DNA of 64,000 bases, from contig OZ024748.1 in NCBI GenBank assembly GCA_964016885.1, positions 45,570,001 to 45,634,000 on the forward strand, written 5' to 3'. Below, piece after piece: positions 44,139 through 57,600 of this stretch. Both the position numbers and the translations under genes were made by a program. Below the pieces are notes generated by a model. It saw nothing but the letters and a program-made list of their open reading frames with translations. It made no database searches and had not been told where the DNA came from. This stretch comes from Eledone cirrhosa. Its lineage: Eukaryota. How positions within the stretch are numbered: the first letter of the stretch is position 1; the number at the start of each line of letters is the position of its first letter.

Positions 44139-44330
44139 CGAAGGTATTGTGGTAAGGAACCAGATGGACCATAACGCACCAAAGTACTCAAGGCTTAGTG
44201 TAGTAGAGTGGGTAATAGGAACAAGTGTGACCCCGACGGCAGAGCTCAAGCCGTTTCGACGGCTATTTCAGTCCAGAAATAGCCGTCGAAACGGCTTGAG
44301 CTCTGCCGTCGGGGTCATACTTGTTCCTAT
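44138..44330 (-). mobile_element. Fold-back PLE-type remnant (arms 44214-44269 and 44276-44330), tail on -
   Basis: Palindrome plus tail carrying GAGTACT on the minus strand at 44183-44189; in (TA)n. Confidence 0.7.
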
Positions 44331-44354
44331 ATATATATATATATATATATATAT

Positions 44355-44866
44355 GGAGGAAGCTATAGTTCACTTGAAGCATTGTTTAATGAGGTATAAA
44401 CGTTTGTATATGTATAATAAAGCCAATACAATGCAGGTATGAATATAGAATAAAGAATGCAAATGCAAAAGATATTGTTGACAATTAGTCTTTTACCTTA
44501 GATTTATTTAAATGTCCTTAATTTTCGAGATAATATCTCTTCTTCGGATGGAAGTAAAGCGGTTAAACCAGTGTTCTAAATAGCTTGCTAAGTCATGCTG
44601 ACAGGAAATGGCATAGAGTATCTGTTCTATCTCTAATGTCAAAGAGTTAAGGTTAGGTGGATAAAGAGTAGTCTCCCTTTAAAAGGGTTTTTTTGTACAT
44701 GCCTGTTTAAGTGTGTGAGAGACTGTGTGAGGTGTAAGTATGTGTGTGTGTGAGTGTGAGAAGATATGTCTATACGTAAATGTGGGCGATAGATGTTATC
44801 TCCTGTTAGAACTGGTCTTTGTGTGTGTATGTGTGTGTGTGAGAGAGAATAAGTGGAGGTGTAAGC

Positions 44867-44901
<35 letters not shown>

Positions 44902-45843
44902 CGTGTGTGCGTGTGTGTGTGCATGTGTGTGGGAGGGGTGGGGGGGGGGGGGGGGGTAAATATGGGGCTAGATGCTCTATCAAGTTATAAATTGGGTGTT
45001 GAGTTCTCGTCTATTATTGATTGGTGGTCGTGTTTTGTCTATAATTAGTGCTTCCATAATTCTAAGATTGCCGAGGTTTCTTTCCTTAGTTTCTATCCTA
45101 ACTGTTATGGTTTTGTCGGTGTTTTTGCATTTAACTAGGTGTTTCTTAAATGAGGAAGCGTTAGTATTGAGGTGTTCTTTTATTCTTATGTGGAGTGGTC
45201 TGGTGGTGCTACCTACGTAAAAGTTGCTGCATTTATCGCACTATAGACAGTATACGACGTAAGCCTGGTGGCATAGGTCTGTGTCGTTGATGGGGCAGTT
45301 GGCTAGCCTGAAGCGGTTGTCATGTCTGGTGGAGTGTCTTTTGGTTAGCTGTCCGCGTAGAGAAGGACCTGAGTGAGCCAGTTGGATATCTAGTCCCTCT
45401 CGTCTGATAGCTCTGCGGATGGCTGTTGTTGTTTCGTCACTGAAGTATGGGAGCTTCAGGAAGCAAGTGTTAGTGCCTCGGATGTGGTGTCCTCTGTTCT
45501 TTCTGGCACGGTTTGTGGTGGATGTTGTATATCCGTTCACTTTGAGTACTTCCAGGAAATGTGTGGTGTGTGTGTCTCGGTCTCTAGCGTCGGTGCATTT
45601 GTTCCGGATACGTGTTAGTTCGTTCCTTATGTATCCGAACTTAGCGGTGGCTGGGAGGGCCGATCTGAAATGTACGAACAGGTCCCTGCTGGCGGCTTTT
45701 TTTATAGAAGCAAGTGTGGAAAATTAAGGACATTTAAATAAATCTAAGGTAAAAGACTAATTGTCAACAATATCTTTTGCATTTGCATTCTTTATTCTAT
45801 GTCCATACCTGCATTGTTTTGGCTTTATTATACATATACAAAC

Positions 45844-45850
<7 letters not shown>
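44355..45850 (-). mobile_element. Penelope-like element, 5'-truncated, with inverted pseudo-LTR
   Basis: Coding remnant with RT thumb/linker and GIY-YIG. 45721-45850 is the inverted copy of 44395-44524 and lacks the 44355-44395 tail. (TA)n on both sides. Confidence 0.88.
44980..45720 (-). pseudogene. PLE ORF C-terminus (RT thumb, linker, GIY-YIG endonuclease)
   Basis: Manual translation: FYKKAASRDLFVHFRSALP...LKVNGY...LKLPY...NCPINDTDLCHQAYVVYCL*CDKCSNFYVGSTTRPLHIRIKEH...LRIMEALII...PPINNRRE; one in-frame stop. Confidence 0.85.
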
Positions 45851-45931
<81 letters not shown>

Positions 45932-46322
45932 TCAAATTAAATATTATAGCAAGGTTTAATTGTAAATCGACCAGGAATTTATTTTGTATTAAATTTAGAA
46001 TTATGAATGTAAATTAAAAATAAATGAATAATGATTTATTGTCGCTGCAGTTAATCGCAGGACAGCTGAACAAAATGTCAATAGGTCAGGTGTTATGATT
46101 AAACGACTGCAATATATCTTCAAAAAATATTTTGTATGAAAAGGATGAAGCTAAAGTGTTGGCTATCATATTGATTTAATTGTACTTTTGACAGTTTTAA
46201 TGAATTCAACGTAAATACATTTTTTTACAGAGTTATTTCCAATACGTCGTTCTTATTGCTTTCCAAAAAAATAATAATACAATATTTCTCTCCTATTTGT
46301 TTTAATATGCTACTGGTTTTAA

Positions 46323-46772
46323 GGGCGGTGGATTGGCAGAATTGGTAGAGCGCCGGACACTATGCTTTGCAACATAGAGTTACAGCGCTTTACATTCTCA
46401 GTTCAAATCCCGCTGAGGTTAGCTTTGCCTTTCATCCTTACAGGGTCGATAATATAAAGTACCAGTAATGTACTGGTGTCGGTTTAATCGACTTTCCCCT
46501 CCCCTTAAATTACGAGAATTGTGACTATATAAGAAATCATTATGTTACTGGTTTTAAGGACGGCGGATTAGCAGCATCGGTAGAGAGTCGGTGACTATGC
46601 TTTGCAACATGGAGTTACATCCCTTAACGTTCTAATTTCAAATCCCACCGAGGTTAACTTTGCCTGTCATCCTTTCGGGGTAGATAAAATAAAGTACCAG
46701 TAACGTACTGAGGTGGATTTAATCGACTTTCCCCGCCCCCAAATTACTGGTCTTGTGCCTATACTAGAAATC
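46323..46772 (+). mobile_element. Two tandem S1 SINEs (long variant)
   Basis: Unit match. Confidence 0.85.
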
Positions 46773-46946
46773 GTTATGTTACTGGTTTTAATCATTAGAT
46801 TTTGGCCATGCTAAAGCAACGCTTGGACGAGAACGGATTTTTATCGATCTTATCAAATGTAGAACTTATCTTTTCATGAACCTTGATTGGGTGGAAGCAA
46901 TATTTGGTTGTGAGTAAAATGTTTAACAGTTAAAAAAAGTTAAAAA

Positions 46947-47031
46947 TGAATTAAATAAACTGTAAAGATAACAATCAAGAGTTCACTATTTGTGAATTCT
47001 TGATTGCTATCTTTACAGTTTATTTAATTCA
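46947..47031. repeat. About 85-bp imperfect palindrome
   Basis: tgaattaaataaactgtaaagataacaatcaagagttcac / gtgaattcttgattgctatctttacagtttatttaattca. Confidence 0.85.
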
Positions 47032-47107
47032 CATACGCATACACAACAGATTGTGGTACAGTAAGCATCGATTAAATTTCACTCACAAGCATTTGTGACC
47101 TCATCAT

Positions 47108-47286
47108 AATTGTTTCTACTTATGGCACAAGGCCAACAATTACCCATTGCATTACTGGTACTTTATTTTATCGACTTCGTAAGGATGAAAGGCAAAGTTA
47201 ACCTCAGCGGGATTTGAACTCTGAACGTAAAGGGACGTAACTGTGCTGCAAAGCATGGCGCCATACCCTCTATCGATACTGCCAAT
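47108..47286 (-). mobile_element. S1 SINE
   Basis: Unit match. Confidence 0.85.
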
Positions 47287-47329
47287 TAATTGTTTGCCAA
47301 AACATTGTATACCCCTTTAAAGACCCCCA

Positions 47330-47740
47330 AGGACCAGGATTTTATTGTTAGGACCAGGGACAACAATGAAGAGAAGAGATGTATTAAAATATGTTTAACT
47401 GAAAGGCGGATTAAACGAGATTCCATTTTACATGACATTTAGCAAACTAACGATTAATTGTCAAGGGCCATATTTTCTCGTCTGCGCCACTGACGACATA
47501 AAAGAGAAGAAATACCCCTAAATGTGTGAAACTAAGTGATGGATTAAGCGAGATTCCATTTAACTTAACACATAAGAATCTCTTCTGATTAATTCTCAAG
47601 GGCCAGGTTTTCTTGTTCGTGTTATTGACCACATAGAAGAGAAGTAATATGCTTCAATGTGTTAAACTAAACGAAGGATTAACTAAGATTCCAGTGTTAC
47701 TTGACTTTTAACAACAATCTGTTGTGAATATTTCAAGAAG
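47330..47740. repeat. Three diverged tandem copies of a unit of about 134 bp
   Basis: ggattaa..gagattcca recurs at about 47408, 47541 and 47676; aagagaag and tcaagggcca recur with the same period. Confidence 0.75.
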
Positions 47741-48175
47741 AGGAATAAACTTCGTGCTTTGAAGATAAAATTAAACAGAAAATGAATAATTGTTGCGAAA
47801 TTTGTTAGAAATTCTTCAAAGATTTTCAAATAACAACTCCACGTAATTTCCTGGCTGGTTAAGGAAGAAAATTTAATTAGGTTGGGTCGGAGATAGTTTA
47901 TGTCAATGGTGGAGGTGAATTAGAGGTTATATCTTTGATAAAAGATTATGGTCTATAATAATAACAATTAAACGGATGTGGCTCTAATGACGTGTTCTTC
48001 GAGTCGTTTGTGGCCGTCATTTTATTCAAGTTTGATGGCTTTGTTTACTTTTGTATAATAGATTGTTTGTGTGAGTAGTAGAAATAAGGAGAGGTGGAAT
48101 GAATGAGGAAAGTGGACAGTGACTATGGTTAGGAGATAGAGGGGGATGAGAGAGAGAGGGGGCGGAAAGTGTGTG

Positions 48176-48249
<74 letters not shown>

Positions 48250-48330
48250 AGAGAGAATAAGAAAGAGAGTTTGAGGAAGATTGTAGGATAGATAAAGAAA
48301 TAAAGAATTTGTTATATATATATAGGGAGT

Positions 48331-48391
<61 letters not shown>

Positions 48392-48413
48392 GGAGAGAGT
48401 GGGCAATATATAT

Positions 48414-48460
<47 letters not shown>

Positions 48461-49463
48461 TTGAGAGAGAGGTGGATAATTAAGGAAGGAAAGAGCAGAA
48501 GAAAGTTATATATAGAGAGAAATAAAAGAAAGGAAAATTAAAGGGCTGCCCCTTACATCATCAAATTCTAAAGACATAAATCATATGAAGTGATTCAGTT
48601 TATTGCTTTCATTTTAATTTAAGAAACCAAGTTAAGGCCAATCAATCGTTAATGAAGTCTAATTAAAATTCATTCAACATGGCGAACATTTAATCCATGG
48701 ATCAAATTACACCCTTAACCCGTCATGTTACTTCTATTATCGCAAGGTAATATTGTATCGTAAATCATCGATTTCCCACAAGAATAAAGACCCCATTTTC
48801 TTCGTGACGTTGATTGATATGTGTCATGTTACAATGTTACGATGGTGGTGTCCATTTTTATTTGATTTTTATAATGATTACGATTAGAAAATACCTAGAG
48901 ACACGCTCTGCAAGAAAACCTAGACGTTAAGTCTATGCTAAAATATTTAAAGTCTTGAGCCATATAATAATTAACTAATATTACAATTGTAGTTTGAGGG
49001 AAATAATCTTTGCTGTAAAGATAAATTTTAGTTGAGAGAGGCAAGGAAAACCACGTTCCTTCTTCACCAGCCCATGGGAGGGTTATAGTGATTTAGTGAT
49101 GTATGGCTGGATAGCGACCTTAAATTGGTGTGTGTTATGTATGTATATATGTATGTATGCACGCACTCACGTACACGCACACACACACACATTTTTGCTC
49201 TCCTTTTTATCCTTGCTCTCCTTTTATCCTTGCTCTACTTGCTTTCCTTGCTCCCCTTTTCTCATTGCTCTCCCTACTCTCCTTTTCTCCTTTCTCTCCT
49301 TTTATCCTTCCTCTCCTTCCTCTCCTTGCTCTCCTTTTCTCCTTACTCTCCTTTCCTCATTATATCCATGTACTTATTTATATACACATACAATGAGAAA
49401 GGGAAGCAAGGAGAAATATGAAAGCAAAGATAGTTTTAGAAAGTTGAAAAATAAGGGCCACCC

Positions 49464-49566
<103 letters not shown>

Positions 49567-50311
49567 CTAGCTAAACTACCCGTCCTTTGGACGGTTCAAG
49601 TAGCTTTCGATGTAACTCATTAAACTAAACAAAGTAAATTTGAATACATAAAAGAAAAACGTACTTTATGTAAACATGAAAACCTTAGGCACTATTCCAG
49701 CGAAATAATTAATATGTGAGCTCGGTGTCATCCGTTATACCATGTAACAACAGAAATCAAGTCTAGGTATGAATTTTTTTGACAACAGTAAAAGCGCATC
49801 ATGAAATAGAGAAGTGAAGTGAATAATAGACACTATTATGTACAAAGTATAATATTGTAAAAGTTATGACATCACTTAATGTATGAACATCAAGCTTGAA
49901 ACGATAAATTATACAATGTCAAATCTATAACTTAACTTAGTAATCTGTTAGAAATTGCTGGTTGTGAAATATACAAAATGATATTGTTAGTCTCAAGGAA
50001 GGGTTTCTTTTGTTTCAAGTACAAAGAGTAAATTAAAATACGAATGTGCCGAATTACGAAAGATAACTCTTGTCTTACTTAATCACGAAAATTGACACAA
50101 ATAACCGAAATGTTTTAATGTCTCCAAAGGCCCCAATATCGATTTTTGAAAGCCTTTGTAGGTCATGTACAGGTTTTGTGCAAGGAGAAGCTCTGTAAAA
50201 ATGTTTACAGAAGTCGCATGAATGGTTTAGCATATATGAGCCCTCATTAAAAATTGTCCACATATACATACACATACACACACATACAGAAAACTTCGTC
50301 TTTATATATAT

Positions 50312-50314
<3 letters not shown>
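49567..50314 (-). mobile_element. Non-autonomous Helitron
   Basis: Minus-strand 3' end: hairpin ACCGTCC-AAA-GGACGGGT, short spacer, then CTAG followed by T. Putative 5' end TATATATAAAGACGAAG..CTGTATGTGTG; the terminal TC is not preserved. Confidence 0.65.
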
Positions 50315-50397
<83 letters not shown>

Positions 50398-50563
50398 ATA
50401 TATTCGATATGTCTCATATGAAATAATACAGCCAATTGTCCACGCAATACTTTTAGTTAGCACCCCGAACGCATAATCAGGAATATAATCACTTATTTCC
50501 TAATGTTTGTTGAGTGAGTTTGAATTTGGCCGGAGTATCGCTAAAAAGCTTTCTCCGATATTG

Positions 50564-50643
<80 letters not shown>

Positions 50644-50842
50644 TCAGAGCAAACATCACGGACGCTCTATCTCAAAATTATTTTTGAAAAGCATTAGAAA
50701 TGCGCAACCGGTAAAACTAAAAACCAAAACTGAATACTAACCAATACTATTACTAATTCTCACTTATTCCTAATTAAACTATTTTTCACTGTGAACAATT
50801 TGTCAGCATTTTCTATTCCGTTTACCAATATATATATATATA

Positions 50843-50980
50843 ACGGAGGAGTTGTGGTAAGGAACCAGATGGTCCATAACGCACCAGAGTACTCAATTCT
50901 TAGGGTAGTTCAGTGGGTAATAGAAGAGAATATGACGTCGAAACGGCTTGAGCTCTACCGTGGGGGTCATACTCTCTCCT
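50843..50980 (-). mobile_element. PLE-like remnant, family of 44138-44330
   Basis: Tail homology, GAGTACT on - at 50888-50894, and an inverted piece gtcgaaacggcttgagctct. Confidence 0.6.
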
Positions 50981-50988
50981 ATATATAT

Positions 50989-51036
<48 letters not shown>

Positions 51037-51325
51037 GTAATATTACCTTAAACAATATCTTTATATATAATATGCTCAATGTTTCACTTTTCACCAATGC
51101 TCCTTATACTGTGTCCTCTGTAGCATAACATCTTTTGTAATTCCTGATTTTCTATATGATGTCAATGTCACAGGCAATAGTTATATCTATATAAATGTTC
51201 TGAACACTAGGATTTTATTACCTGTTTAAACATTCTCTATGCTCCGATGATTCCAGACATTCACCTGGAAGAAACAATTGTCAGCAATTAGATGTATTAA
51301 ACTAAGATTTGATTGTTTTATATTT

Positions 51326-51459
<134 letters not shown>

Positions 51460-51479
51460 AAACAAAAACAAAAACAAAA

Positions 51480-51906
51480 ACAAGATGGCGTAGGACAGAA
51501 CAAAGAAAAGGTACAAAAACAAAGAAAAGAATCCCCAGTCACTGAAGAGGTCACAGAATATCTGACGAAAGAACTTTGACAATATATGAACAACCGTCCG
51601 TTGTTGGAACCAACCAACCAATTCTTAAATTTATAAATTTAATTTATAATAAATTGGAGTGAAAGCAACTGGTGCGTGTGTTTCTTATTGGCAACATGAC
51701 CCTCCCAAAGCATAACAATATCGGTTTCAACACACGTTTTCAGATAAAGAATCCTGTTAAACAAATTCAGAAACGAAATATATATATTTATATATATATA
51801 CACATGCATATGTATATGTATGCACATACACATACATATACATGTGTGTATATATATATATATAACATAACTTCCGGGTATGACTTTGTAGTAACTGACA
51901 TTAATG

Positions 51907-51945
<39 letters not shown>

Positions 51946-51982
51946 CGTTTCTGAATTTGGCAACATGACCCTCCCAAAGTAT

Positions 51983-52055
<73 letters not shown>

Positions 52056-52100
52056 AGTTACTACAAAGGAGTCATACCAGGAAGTTATGTTATATTGACT
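51480..52100. mobile_element. Cluster of PLE-like remnants in (TA)n, with hammerhead-like motif at 51538-51580 (+)
   Basis: 51480-51778 is homologous to 8642-8905; rearranged pieces at 51942-51990; inverted pair 51862-51900 / 52052-52094. Confidence 0.55.
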
Positions 52101-52469
52101 TGGAAGGCCAACTTTTTCAACCTGTGCCGAAAGTCAGGGGCGAAAAACAAACAGATATATATTAATTTAACAATTGATATAGTAGGGAAAGTGCCTTAGC
52201 GTTTCGGACGCTAGTCATCTCTCAGAAGATCAAATGAGAAATAAAAGAAATTGAAAGATTGAGGAGATGAAGAAGAGAGAGAAACGTGTGTATGTATCTC
52301 TCCCTTTCTCTCTTTCCCCCTCTCACTCACTCTTCTAGCGATTCTTTGCTTAAACTTTAATCTGTTATTTTAATAAATATTTGAAATATATTTACCCTTA
52401 TCGAGCCCTCATTGGATTTTAGTCATCACCTTTATTATTATTACTATTATTTTTATTTTCTTTCATTAT

Positions 52470-54600
52470 TTTTTCTGAGATATATGCCGAGTGTCTTCCT
52501 GACACCTAGGGCAAATAAATTCAGTGTGCATTGGTAAGCTAGTTAATACAGCACATTGATTATAATAAAAAAACAAAAACAAAAAAAAACAGTATACATG
52601 TATACACATGTGCATATGCATATGTAAATACAAGGAGGGATATCAATCTTACAGAGATAGTGCTCTTCTCAATACATGTGCAGTACCAGTCAAAACAATT
52701 TTTTGCACCTCGTGCAGAGAGGGTCAACCAGGAATCATTCGCAAATATTGTTCTGTTCCTTTCTTGATTATTCCCAGTCCTCCCACAATTACTGGTATTG
52801 TAATTGCCTTGATGTCCCACATTTTCTCAATTTCAATAAGCAGATCTTTATATTTTCGTAGCTTGTCAAATTCTTTTCCCGCGATATTGTGATCACATGG
52901 GATGCTCATATCTATCAATAAACAGACCTTGTTATGTTGATCTTTTACAATGATGTCAGGTCTACTTGCTTTTATGGTCCTGTCAGTGTGTACAGGAAAG
53001 TCCCAGAGAATTGTTACTTTTTCTCCTTCAGTTACAGCCTCGGGCGTGATGATTGTACCACTTGTCTTCAGCTTTGATTTTGTAATGCCGACATATTACC
53101 CATTGTAGATATTGGCCAACTCTGTCATGTCTATATTTGTATTCTACTGGTGCTAAAACTTTACATCCAGAGACTAAGTGATCCACTGTTTCAACCTCAG
53201 TATTGCAGAATCGGCACTTTGGGTTTATTATTTTCTCATCACATTGGCCTGGTAATTACGAGTCAAAAAGCTTATTATTATTATCATTTTCATTTTCTTT
53301 CATTATTGTTTCTGAGATATATGCCGAGTGTCTTCCTGACACCTAGGGCAAATAAATTCACAGTGTGCATTGGTAAGCCAGTTAATAGAGCACATTGATT
53401 ATAATTTAACCCTGAACTACGTAGTCACTGATGGGTGTGCTTTTGGTCAACATCAGCTTGTTTGCTACGGGCCACATTTTTGCCATGCAGAGGTTTCTGC
53501 TCCCAATTTGATGCTAATTGTCCTTGCCCTTTTGCTTTTGCCAGTGATTTTATGTGCCTAGCAGCATCAGTTGCAACAGTTTCTTTAGTCTGTCCAGCCT
53601 GGGTATCAAGCATGAGATCAGTAGCATATTTTTTGCTCTCCTTCAAGATAGAATGAAGCTTCTTACTTCTCTCATGCTTTTCAAGAAGTTTCAGCATACA
53701 GCCGTTAGTTGTTTCAAGGTATTTGGCCAGTCCAATGATGGTGGTCTTGTAAGCAAGTTCAAATTGGATCAGGCCACGGCCTCCTTGAGTTCTAGGAAGG
53801 TAAAGACGATCCCCATCTGCTTTTGGGTGGTGCATCCTATTAGAGGTCAGTAGCTTACGGACTTTGGTGTCGATTCTTTTGATTTCACTCAACACACTGA
53901 AGCTATAAGTGACAACTAGGACTGCCAAGGAATTTATGGCTATCACCCTGTTACGAGCGATTAGTTCTGATCTCAGAACTGAACTTACTCTCCTGTAACA
54001 TTCTTTCCTTATCCCCTCTTTCATACTTGCATGCTGTATGCCAGAGCCCTCATTAATCCATAAGTATTTATAGGTTTGTTCCTGCTCAAGTTCCTTTATT
54101 ATTGTTTCAGCATCCAATTCAACTGAGTCTGAGTTGTCAAGCTTCCCTTTCTCTTTTACACACTTGTCAAGTCCAAACTCCATCTTGATGTCATCGCTAA
54201 GCGTTTTTACCGTCCGCAAAAGGCCTTCCAGTTCGTCATTAACTTTGCAATATAGCTTCAAATCTTCCATATAAAATAGGTGGCTTATTTTTTTGTTGTC
54301 AATTATATAACCGTACCCTGTTCTATTAAGTTCGGATGTAAGGGGTATTAATCTATGCAGAAAAGCAAGGGTGAAAATATACCACAGTTGATGTTTATAT
54401 TCCTAGACCACAGTACCCCAGTGGAATGAAACAATTGGAGATTTGTGTTCCATAGTGACATATTATGTTTCAGGAAGTTTGAGATCACAGGTGAGATTTT
54501 GAAGGTGTCCAGTAATTTCAGAATCCATGAGTCTGGTATGCTGTCAAAGGCGTTTTTATAATCGATCCAAGAAGAACTGAGATTTCTGTGTTTATTATAA
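52470..54600 (-). mobile_element. Degenerate R4/Dong-like RLE retrotransposon (second family), 5'-truncated
   Basis: WIDYKNAFDSIP, LFYMEDLKLY, RLYLPRTQGGRGL, CRFC..ETVDHLVSGC, RPDIIV..IDMSIP..KYKDL, LRRALSL stop at 52640; 3' UTR ends in a degenerate TAA tract. Confidence 0.85.
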
Positions 54601-54608
54601 CAATTCTC

Positions 54609-54667
<59 letters not shown>

Positions 54668-54668
<1 letters not shown>

Positions 54669-57600
54669 CTTGAATCTCAGTCATTGATGTTGGTTAACTG
54701 GAAAGTCCGTTGGATTGAATATCAAGCCACTACCTGCAGCCTCAGATATTCAGGACGTATCGGAGGGTTCTTGCCGTTCCAAGCAAGCATGCCTTTTGAA
54801 GCGTTCCAAAAAGCGTGAAGGGGCCGATTTTCTTTAACCATCCCTGGAAACCTTTGGAGATAGTCCCCAGTGCGCCTATGACAATCGGGATCACTTTGAC
54901 TTCATGGCAGTTCCAAATCCTTTTCACCTCCCACTTTAGGTCCTGGTATCGGTTAATTTTCTCCCTCTCCTTCTCTTGCACTCTCGTGTCGAACGGGCAG
55001 GCCACATCCACAATCAGGCACGATCTTTTTTCTTTGTCCACAACCACCAGGTCAGGTCTATTGTGTTCCAGTTTTTTGTCCGTCTGTATCCTAAAATCCC
55101 ACAGCACCTTCACCTGACTGTTCTCCATCACCGCCTCTGGCCTATGCTCATACCATTTCTCAGAATGTGGTAGATTGTTTACTTTGCACAGGTGCCAGTG
55201 GATCACCCTGCCCATCACATCGTGTCTCCAGCCCTTATAGTGGGTCTGGGCTAGATGTTTACACTCGGACACAATGTGAGCCACAGTCTCCTCTCTCTCT
55301 CCACAGATCCTGCACAGTGGGCTAGCCTCCTCCTTGTAGATATGGTGCTTCAACCACTTCGTTTTGAGGGCCTGCTCCTGCGCAGCCATTAGCATTCCTT
55401 CTGTAGCCTTTTTGAGGTCTCCTCTTCTCAACCAGTTCCATGTCTGTGGATCTCTAAATTCAGTTTTCTCAAAGAAGGTACTATGAAGGGATTTTCCCTT
55501 AAGGCTGCTCTTCCTCCTTGATGTTATTTCCTCCTTGGGTATCCCCTGGCCTACTGTCCCCTCCTTCAGTACAGCTCTGAGCATTGGCTCCTTACTATAG
55601 GTCACGTATTTGTATAGGTTGTTTTTCTCCATCTGAACACAGTCCTCTATGCTGATAAGACCTCTTCCACCCTCAGATCTCCTTAGGTAGAGTCTATCGA
55701 CATCACTCCTCTTGTGGAACATGTTGTAGATAGTCAATAGCTTCCTAGTCTTCCTATCCATTTCTTTTTGTTCAGCAACATTCCATCTCAGGATTCCCGC
55801 ACTGTACCTAATAATAGACACAGCTCGGGAATTTACTGCGCTTATGGCATTTCTGCTGTTCAGATGTGACTTCAATACGCTCCTTACTCTCCGAATGTAT
55901 TCAGTTCTTAACAATTCCTTCATTTTTTTGTTCTTTATGCCATCAGCCTCCAGAACGCCCAAATACTTGTATCCTTCCTCAGAGTCAATTTCCTTTATCA
56001 TCTCACCTGTTGGTATCTGGATCCCGTTACTTCTGCTCAACCTACCCCTCCTCATCACAATGACTCCACATTTACCAATACCAAACTGCATACATATATC
56101 ACTGCTGAAAATACGGACAGTGTCAACAAGCACATCCAACTCCTTCTCACTTTTCCCGAAGAGCTTAAGATCGTCCATGAAGAGGAGGTGATTGATGGTA
56201 AGCTCTCCCCTTCCCAACTTGTATCCTGCTCTCACTTTTCGCAGCATAATGGTCAAGGGCATCAGGGCAAGGACAAACAACAGAGGGGACAGGCTATCTC
56301 CCTGGAAGATACCTCTCTTGATCTTCACGCTTCCCAAGGATACTCCAGTTGATGTCAACTCTGTCTCCCAGGACCCCATACTCCTGCCCAGCAACTGTCT
56401 GATGTTATCTGCCACCCTGAAGATCTCCAGGCTTTTGGTGATCCAGGAATGAGGCACCATGTCAAATGCCTTTCTGTAGTCTATCCATCCCATGGCAAGA
56501 TCAGTGTGTCTCCTCCTGCAATTCCCCATTACCATCTTATAAATAAGCAACTGGTCCTTTGTACCACGTGACTTCTTTCGGCATCCTTTCTGTTCGTCCG
56601 GCAACAAGTTGTTTGTGTGGAGGTGATGGTAGATTTCCTCAGACACAATGCTCGTCAACAGTTTCCACATTACGGGCAGACATGTGATAGGTCTATAGTT
56701 GGTAACATCATTACCCTTGATTCGGTCTTTCATTATCAGAACTGTGGTACCTTTTGTCAACCACTCTGGCACCTCACCCGACACCAAGCAGTCATTGAAC
56801 ATGGCCGTCAGCTTCGGGTGGAGGGATGTTAAATGTTTAATCCAATACCCCTGCACACCATCTGGGCCTGGTGATTTCCAGTTGGTTAGCTTTTTGGCTT
56901 GCCCCTTAAGAGTTTCAACTGTGATACTCAAATCAGTCTGTTGCTGTGCCTGCTCACCGATCTCCCTCTGTACTGTCTCAATCCACCCTGCCTGGGCATT
57001 GTGTCTAACATCCTGCTCCCATATTCCTCTCCAGAATGTTTTAGCTTGTTCCGCCCCAGGGATCAAGTCGTTGCCTCTTTCTTTCCCCTCAAGCTGTCCA
57101 AACAGCATCTTCTGGTTGTTGTCGAACATGCGGTTCTGTTTATACTGACTGACTCTGTTCTCGTATCGCCTGATTTTGGCACTCTTTGCTACAATGCGTT
57201 GCTTCAATTCCTCTATGATAATATTTAGCTTTTTACTCCTAGTTTTGTACTTTATTTCCAGTCTATTTTTAGTGCCTATGTTTTTTAGTGTCCCATTCAG
57301 TAGTGACTCAAGCTTTCCTATGTCATTTCTCATTTCCCCGATTTGCCCACTCAGTCGCTTCCTCCACCACGGCTCTGCTCTTTCTTGTCTGTTGTTTCCT
57401 CTCGCTTTTATACCAAGTAGTTTCCTCACCGTATTTGCTGTTGCTTTGAGGATATTGTTGCACTGGTGAAGACTCCTCGCCTCAAGGTATGGGATGACTT
57501 TGTTTACCTTAGCTGTTGTTTCTTTTAACTTTTTCCTGTCTACAAATCTTAGGTTCATAGGTCTCCCACTATCATTGTTCAACTCATCTACCACTAAATT

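Noticed and set aside
49190-49360. ORFs over a pyrimidine-rich stretch
   Set aside because: Degenerate CTCCTT/TTGCT tandem repeat of about 10 bp; low complexity.
52190-52232. Hammerhead-like segment on - (CTGAGAG..GTCC-GAAAC)
   Set aside because: Core deviates from CUGANGA and stem I is poor; at most a decayed relic.
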